64,000 nt of DNA from a virus: positions 32,001-96,000 of IMG/VR virus record IMGVR_UViG_3300030004_000009; one strand, 5' to 3'. The notes beneath the pieces were generated by a model. It was not told the origin of the DNA, ran no database searches, and saw only the letters and a list, made by a program, of their open reading frames with translations. Below, piece by piece: positions 1 to 12,000 of the stretch. Made by a program: the position numbers and the translations under genes. Within the stretch, counting starts at the first letter, position 1, and every line of letters starts with the position of its first letter.

Positions 1-2
1 AG

Positions 3-3000
3 ATGTGGGAGCGTTACCTTTCAACTGAAGGCTTACAACGGTTTATTAATATAAATCATTTACAGAAAACTATTGGTCGTGATTTAACAGAAGGTGAGAG
101 AGATAATCTCTTTACTACCTTTAATACTAATAATATTTATACTCGTCTTCTAACTGAAGGAAAATATAATCTAGGAAATTCAGACCTCAATCTACATACA
201 ATTAATAGTATAGATGATACAAATCTACGTAGTGCTATTGATACAGTAAGAAATTTTAATCAAACTCGTATACCTTCACCATTACGTGGAGACAATGATC
301 ATCCTGAATCTTCTAAATCTATATTGCGTGATGTTTATAAAACTTTAAATTCAGAAATAGAAAATCTTGATACTGTTGGTACATCTAATTATCTTAATGC
401 GGATGATAGCTTTACTGAAATGTTAGATACTCAAATTAACGCTATTAAAAGAATTGGTGCTTTACTTAATGCAGCTAATACATCAAATCCTATTATAAAT
501 GATTTTCGTGCTAACCATAGAGGTTTATTATCTGATGATCTAAGAGATAAAGTTCTTACAATTCTTGATAATGATGACCTTGGTACATTAGGTAATGAGT
601 TAAATAGAGTTTATCGTCAAGTTAATTATCTTAAAGATCTTAATGAGTTTAATAAAAATAATACGATTGCTAGACTTTTACGTGAAGATGGTTTTGAATT
701 ATCAGCTAAAGTACAATCATTAAATGATTTAGCTCAAGATCCTGATATTTTAAAATTAATTCCATCATTAGGCGCTTTACAGGCAGATCAGGATATTAAT
801 AACTTTGTTAGTTCCTATAAAAGTGCTTCTGATGATTCTAAGTTAACAGCTCTTTCTAAATTCGCTAAAATTGAAGAGAATATCTATCAAGATGTTCAAA
901 ACCTAACTGATGATGATAAGAAAGTATTAGTAAATAAGAGTTTTAGACCAATAAATTCATCTGCAAAAGATTTCTATGATAATATAAGTGGTGATGAACC
1001 ACTAAATGATAGTCATAGAACTATATATCTTGCTACTATTTTTGGTTCATCAACTATTAACTTTTATGCTAATTATGCAGGTAAATATGATAGTGATGCA
1101 GAGGCTTTTACAAATTTAAATAAAACCCCTTATATACCATTTGCTAAACAAGAAAGTGCGGTACGTGTTGCTAATTTAGTTATTAATGGTGATCCAACTA
1201 TTATTAGAATGTTCTTAAATGCTTATAGTTATGATGGAAGTACTGATATAGTTAGTGATTTTAGTAGTCCAAAGGATGGTAATACTTCTTTTGATAGTAG
1301 TAATCTAGTAGCAATCTTAGGTTCATCTGGTACAGGTAAGACTACAGCAGTTCTATATAGTATTATGAATATGATACCTGATGAAGATAGTAATGTTATG
1401 CTCTTAACACCAAAGAATAGACAATTTAATACATTAAGAGGCACACTTATTAATGGTGGTTATGAAAAACGTTTAGATGATCGTAGTAGCACAGTTAGAG
1501 AATTTATTAACAATCTTAACCTTAAATATAAGGATGGTAGTAAGTATGATGTTACTAAGAATGATGAAATACTTAATGGTGTAGATATAGATAAAAAAGA
1601 AACTGGTAATGCAAAGATTGATTTCTATACTAAGTTTGATACACAAGTATTTGATAAACTTGACCTTTATGATAATAAAAAGTTAAAATCTGAAATAGCA
1701 AATTTATTTTCAAAAACAAGATTGTTTGCAACTGATGAGTTTACACACTTAAATCCTATTGATTTATGTTTAATTACTAACTTAATTAATGATTACAATA
1801 AGACTGATATAGTTTTACAAGACCCTTCTAAACGTAGTTCTATAGTAGTACTTGGTGATGCAAATCAAATGGGTTTTTTAAAGGATGATGGCACTAGACG
1901 TGATTACACTAATGTAGCTACAACTATAATATCACAACCTCTTTTAACTTCATTACGTTCAGGATGGGATTTAATCAATAACACACTTGTTGATTTACAA
2001 CGTAGGACTATGGAGGTTAAAGAAATATCAGGAGTTGACCCAGCTGCTCTTACAACATCTGAAATAATACAAAAATATCGTGACCAACATCTTCAGTTAT
2101 TTAATTATCAAGGTGTTGACGGAAATATTGGTATGAAAAGTATTAAAGTTGATGGTAATCTTAAAGCATCTGATCTTAGCTTTATAACTGATAATAAAAG
2201 CAAAACATTTAAGGATAAAGATGGTAATGATATACCAGTTAAAGGAAAAGATATTGTCTATATTATAAATTCAGATATAGATATACCTAGAGCTCAAGCT
2301 TTATTACGTGAAGCATTAGGTGCTAATTGGGAAGGTCTTGCTGATATTGAGATTTATAAGCCAGAAGAAGTTCAAGGTGGAGAATATAAGTATACTATTA
2401 TAGACGCTAAGCCTAGACTTACACCAAATGATCCTAAAAGTAACGATTATGATTATAGTTTAGTTCGTGTACATGAATTTTTAAATACAATGTTATCACG
2501 TGCTACAGAAGCTACACTACTTATTGAAGATCCTTCTATAACTAACTATATAGGTTTAGATAATGTAGCTAAAGGAAAAGCTACTAATCAAAAGAAAATA
2601 ACTGATCAAGTTATAGCACAAGTTAAGAAGAATAAACAAATAGTTCTTGCAGCTATTCTTGGTGAAGATTATGTTCCACAAGGAGCTAAACCTGGTTCTA
2701 AAATTGATACAAGTGCTGTTCCACCTCCTAAACCTATAGCTGATCTTTATAGTAATTCTTTTCCTATAGAACTAACTCAAGACCCTCTTAATCCTAAAAG
2801 TCCTGCTGCTAAAATAAATACTGGTATAGATTTAGAGAACAAAATTAATAAAGCGAAAGTTAAGGATATAGTGGCTTATACTACATATTCTACTAAAGCA
2901 GACTTTGACCTTATAAGTAGTATACCAAGTGTTGCCGACGATATAGATACTTTAAAAACAGAAGATATGAAAAAGAGTCATATAGAAAATATAATACAGT

Positions 3001-6000
3001 CACTTAAATATTATATAGTTAAAGGCCCTATAATAAGTGAGAATAACGTTGCGCTTAAAGCTAATTTTGAACAGTATTTAAAGCAATATGACTATAATAG
3101 TCCTATATTTTATATAGAAGCTGCTAAAAAGGAAGGTACTAATGTTCAGTATGGTAGAAGTGAAGACTATTGGCAAGATCCTAAGCCAGATCAATTCTTA
3201 TTTTCTTTACGTGTTAAACTACCATCTAAAACTGGTGAACAACCACTTGACATAACTCTAGGTTTACTTAATAGTTTTACAAATCTTGAAAATAAGTTTA
3301 AAGCAGCTCAAAATAATGAATCTAAAGTACCACTTACTAAAGATGACACAGATGTTAACACATTTATAAAACACGTTCGTACTTGGTTAATAAGTGGTGA
3401 TAGAAATAGTAGCAAACAAGGTGTATGGGAAGAGGGGAAGTGGAGATCACGTGATCTATCTGCTAGAGAATGGCGTAGTATATCTGAAACTTGGGATGGC
3501 CGTTATAATGTTAATGATCCCAAAACACCTCCTGTATATCCAACTCTAAAAGATTTAAAAGCTAAATACCCAGATTATCACATAAGTGAACCACAAGTTA
3601 TAGTTTCTTTATTTAAAGACGAGAATGGTAAACTAATAGTTGATGATGCTGGTGATCCTATACAAGACTTTCGTGGTAAGAGTGTAGTATTCATGTCAGA
3701 ATATAAAGAACTTCAAAAGGTTAAGAATGATGATCTTTTAAATATCTATTTAAAACAACTTAAACTTTTTGGTACTAAAGACTTCTTATCACTTGATAAA
3801 GATGGTAAAGAAGCCTATATAAAAAGTAAACCTGATAGAATACAAGTAGATGGACAGTTTACACTTCCATATAAACCAAATATGGTACAAATGATACGTC
3901 TTGATACACCACGTGACTCTTTCTTAGGGTTTAGACAAAAGTTTCTTGCGGCTATTCATGATCAAGAATCAGGTGGTAATGTGTTTGATTTATTTGAGAA
4001 ATTTGACATGAGCCCTTACGTTAAAGATAGATTGGCTAAATCTCTCTTAACTATTAAACAATTTATAGAATCAACACCTGATAATAAACAATGGTTTAAA
4101 GAGGAAGTTTTAGATGAAGTTAATAAGACTTTAGACACAAAAATTGAAGAACTAAGAACTCATGTTTTAAATACTTATGGTGAAACTGGAGATGCTTTTC
4201 AAGATAATGATTCCTTTAAAACTTTAATGCTCGATCCTCTTAAACCTTTTAAAAGAGGTGTAGATGAGTTCTCAGAGTATTTAAATGATCTTCTTGATCT
4301 TAACGATCCTCATACTATATTTAGACGTAAGTTTGATACTGATATTAATAAAATAAATAGTGCTCACGTACCTGATAAGAAGAATAGTAATCCAGTACAA
4401 GCTAGTGATTTACAAATAACCTTAACTCCAGATAAACGTGTAGATTTTAACCAGTCTATACTAGATTTAAATTTATTAAATTTGTTTAATAAGACAAAAA
4501 ACCTTAACTTTGCAGCAGCGATTGATAAAGCTCTAATAGAATTTACAAAATTTCCACAAGGAGAGACAAGATTTGATAACTATCGTTTAGATAAGGTTCT
4601 TAAGGATGGACAGTTAGAAAATCTTGTTATAGCATCACGTGCAGCACTTAAAGGTTATCAAATATCTAATATGTTAGCAGATGTTAAGTCTACAGGACAT
4701 GAGTTTATAGTTCCATTTAGGGGTATTCAACAAGCAGCTTATAATATAGATTTTGCTAAACTCCTATCTCTACATGACTCTGAGAATTTACCTATTACAG
4801 AATCTGAAGTTAGTGCACTACATATTAATACAAATCAAAGGTTACAATTATTTGATGAATTAGGAGATAAATGGTTAACAAGTAAATTTGGTGATTTTAA
4901 CAATGATTTAAGAAAATTAACTAATACTAATGATCAATATAACTTCTTACAAGGCATAAATGATAAAATTGATAGTTTAAATGAAATAGAAAGAGTTGTA
5001 CCATCTAATGAAATATTATCTCCAGGTACAAAAACAACTTATCAAGTATCACCTAATGGCATAGTAGCTATCGATACAGTTGAAAGTGAAGTAAAGAGAG
5101 GTTTAATAGAACAACAAGATGAATTTAGTAAGTTAACTCACGATCAAATTACACTTGAAAATGTAAGTTTTAATAAAAATAAAGCTGTATTTAAAGCTAA
5201 AGTTGGTGATAGTGAATTTAAAGTAACTTATGATGCTAAAACTGGTAATATTGATCCTCAACGTTTAGATACTGAAACATGGCAAGAGAAACTACAAAGA
5301 TTCTTTCCTGATTTAAAAACTTCAGCAGAAATTAATCAGGCAACTACAGATATTTTAAGTAAAGTAGTTAAAGACACATCTGAACAGGTGAATCCTTCCA
5401 AGTTACTTACAATAGATAGTATGAAAGACGAATTAGGTCATAGGTTATACAATTTATTAACTCCTGAACAAACACAAGTTTTATTACCTGATACTAAAAC
5501 TACTGATAAAGACTATTACTCTAATTTAATGGACTCTTATGTAGATAATTTTGTAAAAGACGGTAAAAATTGGTATACAAAGGTAAGTGATATGGCTAAG
5601 ACAGTTATGGATAATAATCGTGATAGTGCTTTAGGTCTTGATACAGAAGAACCAGATCCTATAGAAGCTGAAGTTAAAGAAGAATCTAAAGTTGATAAAC
5701 TTAATTTGTTAAAGAAAGATGTTAATAGTGCTGATAATAAAGCTATAGAAGAGTTCAAATTAGAAGCTGGAAAACTATTTAACAATATCCCTAAGGAACA
5801 ACAGACAACACTTAGAGATTGGATTAAGAACTATCAATTGCGTCATAGATTAGCTATAGCTAATAAAATAGTAACTGGTCGTGAATTTTCATTAGAGCAG
5901 TTAGATTTAAAGAAAGATTTTACTAAATTTACTGATAAACAGCTATCTGATGAATTTCAAGATAAGATAGAACAAGATCCTGATTTATATGAGCAATATA

Positions 6001-6059
6001 GAGTTGCTTTTAATAAATTAACTAAATATAGAGTGGAAAAATCATCAAATAATTGTTAA
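3..6059 (+). CDS. Giant virion/ejection protein with SF1 (RecD/UvrD-like) helicase domain; probably 5'-truncated by the window edge
   Basis: Walker A GSSGTGKT (~1320-1343), Walker B FATDEFTH, LGDANQ (motif III), SLRSG (IV), EVQGGEY (V), TMLSRA (VI); directly upstream of the RNAP gene as in crAss-like phages. Confidence 0.75.
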   Translation: MWERYLSTEGLQRFININHLQKTIGRDLTEGERDNLFTTFNTNNIYTRLLTEGKYNLGNSDLNLHTINSIDDTNLRSAIDTVRNFNQTRIPSPLRGDNDHPESSKSILRDVYKTLNSEIENLDTVGTSNYLNADDSFTEMLDTQINAIKRIGALLNAANTSNPIINDFRANHRGLLSDDLRDKVLTILDNDDLGTLGNELNRVYRQVNYLKDLNEFNKNNTIARLLREDGFELSAKVQSLNDLAQDPDILKLIPSLGALQADQDINNFVSSYKSASDDSKLTALSKFAKIEENIYQDVQNLTDDDKKVLVNKSFRPINSSAKDFYDNISGDEPLNDSHRTIYLATIFGSSTINFYANYAGKYDSDAEAFTNLNKTPYIPFAKQESAVRVANLVINGDPTIIRMFLNAYSYDGSTDIVSDFSSPKDGNTSFDSSNLVAILGSSGTGKTTAVLYSIMNMIPDEDSNVMLLTPKNRQFNTLRGTLINGGYEKRLDDRSSTVREFINNLNLKYKDGSKYDVTKNDEILNGVDIDKKETGNAKIDFYTKFDTQVFDKLDLYDNKKLKSEIANLFSKTRLFATDEFTHLNPIDLCLITNLINDYNKTDIVLQDPSKRSSIVVLGDANQMGFLKDDGTRRDYTNVATTIISQPLLTSLRSGWDLINNTLVDLQRRTMEVKEISGVDPAALTTSEIIQKYRDQHLQLFNYQGVDGNIGMKSIKVDGNLKASDLSFITDNKSKTFKDKDGNDIPVKGKDIVYIINSDIDIPRAQALLREALGANWEGLADIEIYKPEEVQGGEYKYTIIDAKPRLTPNDPKSNDYDYSLVRVHEFLNTMLSRATEATLLIEDPSITNYIGLDNVAKGKATNQKKITDQVIAQVKKNKQIVLAAILGEDYVPQGAKPGSKIDTSAVPPPKPIADLYSNSFPIELTQDPLNPKSPAAKINTGIDLENKINKAKVKDIVAYTTYSTKADFDLISSIPSVADDIDTLKTEDMKKSHIENIIQSLKYYIVKGPIISENNVALKANFEQYLKQYDYNSPIFYIEAAKKEGTNVQYGRSEDYWQDPKPDQFLFSLRVKLPSKTGEQPLDITLGLLNSFTNLENKFKAAQNNESKVPLTKDDTDVNTFIKHVRTWLISGDRNSSKQGVWEEGKWRSRDLSAREWRSISETWDGRYNVNDPKTPPVYPTLKDLKAKYPDYHISEPQVIVSLFKDENGKLIVDDAGDPIQDFRGKSVVFMSEYKELQKVKNDDLLNIYLKQLKLFGTKDFLSLDKDGKEAYIKSKPDRIQVDGQFTLPYKPNMVQMIRLDTPRDSFLGFRQKFLAAIHDQESGGNVFDLFEKFDMSPYVKDRLAKSLLTIKQFIESTPDNKQWFKEEVLDEVNKTLDTKIEELRTHVLNTYGETGDAFQDNDSFKTLMLDPLKPFKRGVDEFSEYLNDLLDLNDPHTIFRRKFDTDINKINSAHVPDKKNSNPVQASDLQITLTPDKRVDFNQSILDLNLLNLFNKTKNLNFAAAIDKALIEFTKFPQGETRFDNYRLDKVLKDGQLENLVIASRAALKGYQISNMLADVKSTGHEFIVPFRGIQQAAYNIDFAKLLSLHDSENLPITESEVSALHINTNQRLQLFDELGDKWLTSKFGDFNNDLRKLTNTNDQYNFLQGINDKIDSLNEIERVVPSNEILSPGTKTTYQVSPNGIVAIDTVESEVKRGLIEQQDEFSKLTHDQITLENVSFNKNKAVFKAKVGDSEFKVTYDAKTGNIDPQRLDTETWQEKLQRFFPDLKTSAEINQATTDILSKVVKDTSEQVNPSKLLTIDSMKDELGHRLYNLLTPEQTQVLLPDTKTTDKDYYSNLMDSYVDNFVKDGKNWYTKVSDMAKTVMDNNRDSALGLDTEEPDPIEAEVKEESKVDKLNLLKKDVNSADNKAIEEFKLEAGKLFNNIPKEQQTTLRDWIKNYQLRHRLAIANKIVTGREFSLEQLDLKKDFTKFTDKQLSDEFQDKIEQDPDLYEQYRVAFNKLTKYRVEKSSNNC

Positions 6060-9000
6060 ATGGCTAGATGTCTAACTAATTTAAACGAAGAAACAAACCA
6101 AGGAGTACTTAATGATTTACTACGTGGTAGTGACTTTGCGAGTAATTTAAGAAATTATTATAGAGGTAATCTAGATCAATTACCGACTATAGACTCTTTA
6201 GTTAAAGAACTTAATGAAGATATATTACCTGCAATTATAGAAGGTAAACTTAACAAAGATTATGATTATAGTGACATAAAAGAAACTATAAATAATGAGT
6301 TAAACAGTGAAGCGATAAATCTAGCAATTGCACAATTAAAAGGTAATATGCGTAAATTTAACCTTACTGTTAGACCTATACTTCCTAAATTTGATATAGT
6401 AAGTTTACTTTTAGCAGATATAGATAAAAAAGAACAAGGTGATGTTGCTTCTACTACTCAAAAAGTAGTAGAAGCTTCTAAACTTAATGATGCAACTCCT
6501 TTAGATATAGCTACTGACACAAGTCTTAGTGAATATATACATGAGAATAATTATCAAAACTTAAAAGCTTATCGTTTAGATAGGTTTAAGGGTTCTTCAA
6601 GTATGGAGAAGATAACAGTTTCTAAGTTTATTACTAAAGGATTAATTGAAACAGCCTTTATAGATGTTAATAATAGAGTATTAGTAAATCAACTACAAGG
6701 TCCAGCTAAAGAAGGATATACAAATGATGTAGATACAAATATAAAAAACTATCGTATTAGTTTATTTAAAGACCTTATAGGTAGACTTGGTATTGAGGAA
6801 ACTGTTAAAGGTGAAACAGTCCCTCTTATTTATCGTGATGATCTTCTTAAGAAAGCTAACTTTGATAAAACTCTTAAAGATATAGCTAATAGAGCCACTA
6901 TTATAAAATATAATGGAGAACAACGATCACTCACTGAACCTAACCTACTATCTGAAATAACAGAGAAATTTAAAGATACATTAGATTCAAATCTTAAAGA
7001 AATTATTGATAACTTTAGTGATTATGTAATACTTAGTGATTTTAATAAACTCTTTAATTATTATGGAGAAGGTACTATTTCAGTTAATAAATTTAATCCT
7101 GACTTTGATCCTATCTTACGTAAGTATGAAACTAAAGACGCATTATCTGTTGATGCGTTTAATGTCTCGTGGGATGAAAAGATTCAGAATGGAGTAGAGC
7201 TATCTTCACCTTTTTATAAAACTGTAATTAATAACACAGCTATCTTAAATTATAACACAGGTGATGAAACTGGTAAATATCTTTACCCTACACTTGTAAC
7301 TTCTATCATGGCTCCTTATTTCAATCAAATTGATAGAAATGATGTAACTAATTCACTTAGACAGTTAATAATGGATAGGATTGGAGCACAAGGTATAGGT
7401 TATACTGAAAAAAATACATTATATACATTATATAAAAAGTTTTTTGAACGTGAAGGAGATGTACTTAATACTCCAGCTAAGAATGATAATACCACTGTCG
7501 CTTCATTTTACGAGACTATAAAAGACAATAGAGATCAAACTCTAATGCAACTTATAACTAAACCTATAAGTGAAATGTCTCCAAATAGAATAGCTGAAGC
7601 AGTTGAAGCTCCTAATGGTGATATAAGATTAAAAACAGCTGAGGCAAATAATAAAAGCAGTGTAGGTTTTACTAGTACTCGTTTCATTAATGATCATATT
7701 AATATGAGCAATGAAGATTTACAAAACTTCTTAAAGAAGTGGAATATATCTTTTATAAATGAAAAGGGTAAACCATCTACAGTTAACTACACAGGACAAA
7801 ATGGTATAGATTACGTATTAAAGAATACTAATAATCAAATAGTAGATATTGATACTATTCAACAACTATCTCAAGACTTATTTGGTTTTGATTATAAGAA
7901 TGACAAACGTCATGCTGAATTTTGGCAGGAAGTTCAATCTCTTAGTAGAAATGATGAACCTGTAGCATCTCCTTTTCTAACTTATATTAAAGATGCTTTA
8001 GATATAGTACAAGCTAAATCTAAATTAAATGATCCTGAATTTCAAACCTTTCTTCGTACTGAACAAGAAAAACAACGTAAAAAAGGTGGTGACATAGAGA
8101 CAAACTATAAACCAATTAATGATGCTATAAAAAAGGAAGGTGCTAAGTTCCCATTTAGTGATCCTTCAAACTATAAATTTGAACTTAATAATATCAATGC
8201 TACAGATATAGGTAAATTAATAGTTACAGCAGAAAATAATGCAACAGGTAACCAACGTAAATCAGTTGTTTCTACAGTTGATGGTACTTCATCTGCTGCA
8301 TTTACTAATTATACATATGCTGCTGCATTACAACAAAATTTTACTGCTCATAGAAGAACATTAAACTCTGCAATACGACCTGACATTGATAAATCACCAT
8401 TACATAATAATATTATTCTTAATGATGCTAACTTCTTAAAAGGTTTTCCTCTTAGAGGAGCAACTAAAGTAGGTGCTACTGTAAAGCCAGTAGGAAGTCA
8501 AACTCCACTTGAAACTTTACATTATGATATAAACTTAGGTTATTTAAGCATGTTACAACAAGGTATAGATGGTGGTCATATTCGTCCAACTTTTAATTTA
8601 TTCGTACCTGCTGATAAGAGTAATCAACCACTAGCTGAATTTGGCAATGAAGTTTTAATACCTTCACAAGGTAGAGTTAAACTTTTTGTTGATGATAATA
8701 ATCGTGCTCCATCATATGAACAGTCAATGGACTTATTATATAAGACTAATGGACAGTATTATAGAGCACAAGGACAAAGTATCCTTGATACTTGGGAACA
8801 AGTTTATCGTGTTTCAGGTCATGGTTCTGTATTTGAAAGTAATATAAAATCAAAAGGTAGTATTAGTAAACAACTTATCGCTCTTAATGACTTTCATAAA
8901 GATGGTTTTTGGAAAACAGGAACCTTTGAACATGGGCTTAAAGATCTAAATGCAGCTAGATTTTATGCTAATAAAGCAGGAGTTGTACTCACCAACTGGG

Positions 9001-12000
9001 TTCATTATATAAATGACACAAAGAGTTTTGGCCCTAAAACTAGACTTGAAATTAAAGGTGAATTAATAGATAACATCTCTCACTATGAAGGTAATCCTAA
9101 TAAAACATCTGAAAGTTTTAAAGTAAAATATAATAAACAGTTAGTTAACTTTGCGAATGACTTACGTGAGATTGGATTTACTTTTGATCCATTAGCTAGA
9201 GAAACAATTACTAGACTTTATCATAAATTAGGTGGTGAGTTTGGTAATAAAGCTAATATGTTTATTACTAGCAGTAACATAGAAGCCAAGAAGTTTAGTG
9301 ATATTCACCCAGCTATTATAAAGTATTTTTGGGATCATAACCTTCTCGAACAGAATTTAATGCACGCAAGTGTAGGAGATTCATCATTCTATAAAGGTAA
9401 TAATGAAAATACATCATGGTTAACTAATATTAAACGTAATGTTTGTTTTACAGCTACTATACGTCCTTTTTCATTAGGTCTTGAAACTGGAGTTGAAGAC
9501 CATACTCGTACAGCATTTGTTGATGATATGACTTCCATGTTTAAAGGTATACTTGGTGATAGTTCTCAAGTAGTTGATTGGGATGGTGCTTCACTTAAGA
9601 CCATGACTCAATGTCTTAAGACATGGAATTCTCTTAATGGTAAATTTAATGGTAATGGTGGTACAACTCATAAACCATTCATATCTCATTATGATCCTAC
9701 AACAGCACATTTTGGTATAACTAAATTTGCTGACTTTACCATGACTAATGACTTAATACGTCAAACTATAGGTTCAAATGTAGACTTAATGGAACTTCAT
9801 AAACAACTTTATGCTACTGATATATCAAATGTCGATATAACTAAATCTTGGAAAGATGGTGTTAATTTAAGTACACACAATGATGTTTATTATTACAAAC
9901 GTGGTATAGACTTTGAGACAGGTTTATATGGCACACTTCATAAGTTAGATTCTATTACATTCTTAGCTAAAGATATTGATGGTAAGTCTAAGTATATAGT
10001 TACGACACGTAATATGTCAATTGCACCTGATAAACCAGTATCTAAGCCAATGCAAATTAATACAATGTTTGACTTATGGCACATCTTAGGTGGTATTGAT
10101 TCAGTAGAACATACAGATTTAGAAACTCAATTTCATTATAGAGATGGTGATACTAAACTTTATCTTACTGGAAATTATAAATCAGCTGAAAAGTTACTTG
10201 AATATGAAAGTTATATCGGTAATAAAGGTGAAACTATAATACCAGAAAGTTATGTCAGTGGTAATGATAATGTAAAACGTGGCTATCAAGCTTATAAACA
10301 ACTGTTTAATGATAACGGATTAGTTAGTTCACATATTAATCTTATTGATAAATATACTAAACAACCTATTAACGAGAGTCAATTAGCTTTAGAAATAGGA
10401 CAACACGATATAAAGACTAAAGACCCTAAAGAGTTTATAACCATATTAAATCAATATAAAGATAATCTTCAAGACTTAGTAGAGTATGCTAATAAAGGAG
10501 AAAGTCAACTTTCACGACCTTATCAGAGGTTTAAAGGTAAGAACATCGATCGCATTACATTTGCAGGAGCTCAAAAGGTTGGACAGTTTAATATGAATAA
10601 TATTGAAACAGTTCACTTGAAAAAGCGTTCTGACTTCTTACAGGGTAAAGAAGATCCAGGAATACCAGGAGTTACTCGTTTAATAACTCATCAAGTTTCT
10701 AACTTTAATGCAGGTATACAGCTATCAGCTTTTCACGAAACTGATAATACAGTTGTAACTACACCAACTCAAATGCTTAATGGTCTTATATTTAACGCTA
10801 AGAGTCTTGGGAAAGTACAGCAAATGTATAGAGCTATTGGAAATATAGTTGATCAAGAGCTTACTTATATACTAAACCAAGAACAACATAATATTCCTGA
10901 ACTTGTAAGAGCTCTTAATACTCAACCTCCAGATGGTAGTAAAGACTCTAATGGTAACAAGTTAACACCTGGTAAGTGGTATGAACAGAATAGAGATAAA
11001 CTACTTGATATTTTTCATAATATAATGCAGAATAAAGTAGCAAAGGATGATAAAGATGAGTTTACTCTTGAAGGTTTGATTGTTAATATGTTTAATAGTA
11101 AAGACATGCCTTTTGACGATCCTCAAATCTTTCATTCAGCTATTGCAGAATTAACTAACTATCTTACTAAAACAGGTATTCGTACTAAGTTTGATGGTTT
11201 ATTTGCAGTTCTACATCCAGCTTCCGAATTTATGCAAGTTAGAGAAGTACAAGGTGGTTATATGCCAGTTAAGACTGATGAAGGTGGTTACACTACTATT
11301 AAGTTAGAACCAGGAGAGACAAGAGTTCTTCAACCTGCTGAATTTGCTGATTATAAAGCTCTTAATGAGCATTTGATAGAACATCATAATATAGATCCTA
11401 CTAACACACCAGAGTTTAAAGAATGGTTTAATGGTTCTAAAGTAGTTGATAAGGAAGGCAAACCTTTACTTGTATATCATGGATCACCTAATAAATTTGA
11501 TAAGTTTAATGACCTCCCTACATGGTTTACTTCTTCAAGAGAATCTGCACAAGCTTATTCTGCTGGAGAACATCCTGATTTAACTAAGAGTCAATACATA
11601 CAACTAATACATGAGTATGAAGAGAAATTAAAAACTAATCTATCTCCTCAAGAGAAACAAAGTACTGAAAAGGCATTAAAAGAGCTTACAGATCTACGAG
11701 ATAGTGGTGATGTACATGAAGCTTATCTTAATATACAAGATCCTACTAAAATAACTGCAGGTTATACTCCAGGTGAAACACATTATGTAGTAGATCACCC
11801 TAATCAAATTAAATCTCTTAATGACGATAGAAATGCTCTAGATAATGCAGAAAAAATAAGGAAACATGCTCAAACACATCAATACACTGAACCTCGTAAT
11901 CTTAAAGGACAACAAGTAACATTAAATTATGCTGATGGTACTAAACAAGCTCTTAGTTATGACGATGATAGTGAACAACAGTTAATACCTGAAGCTAGAG

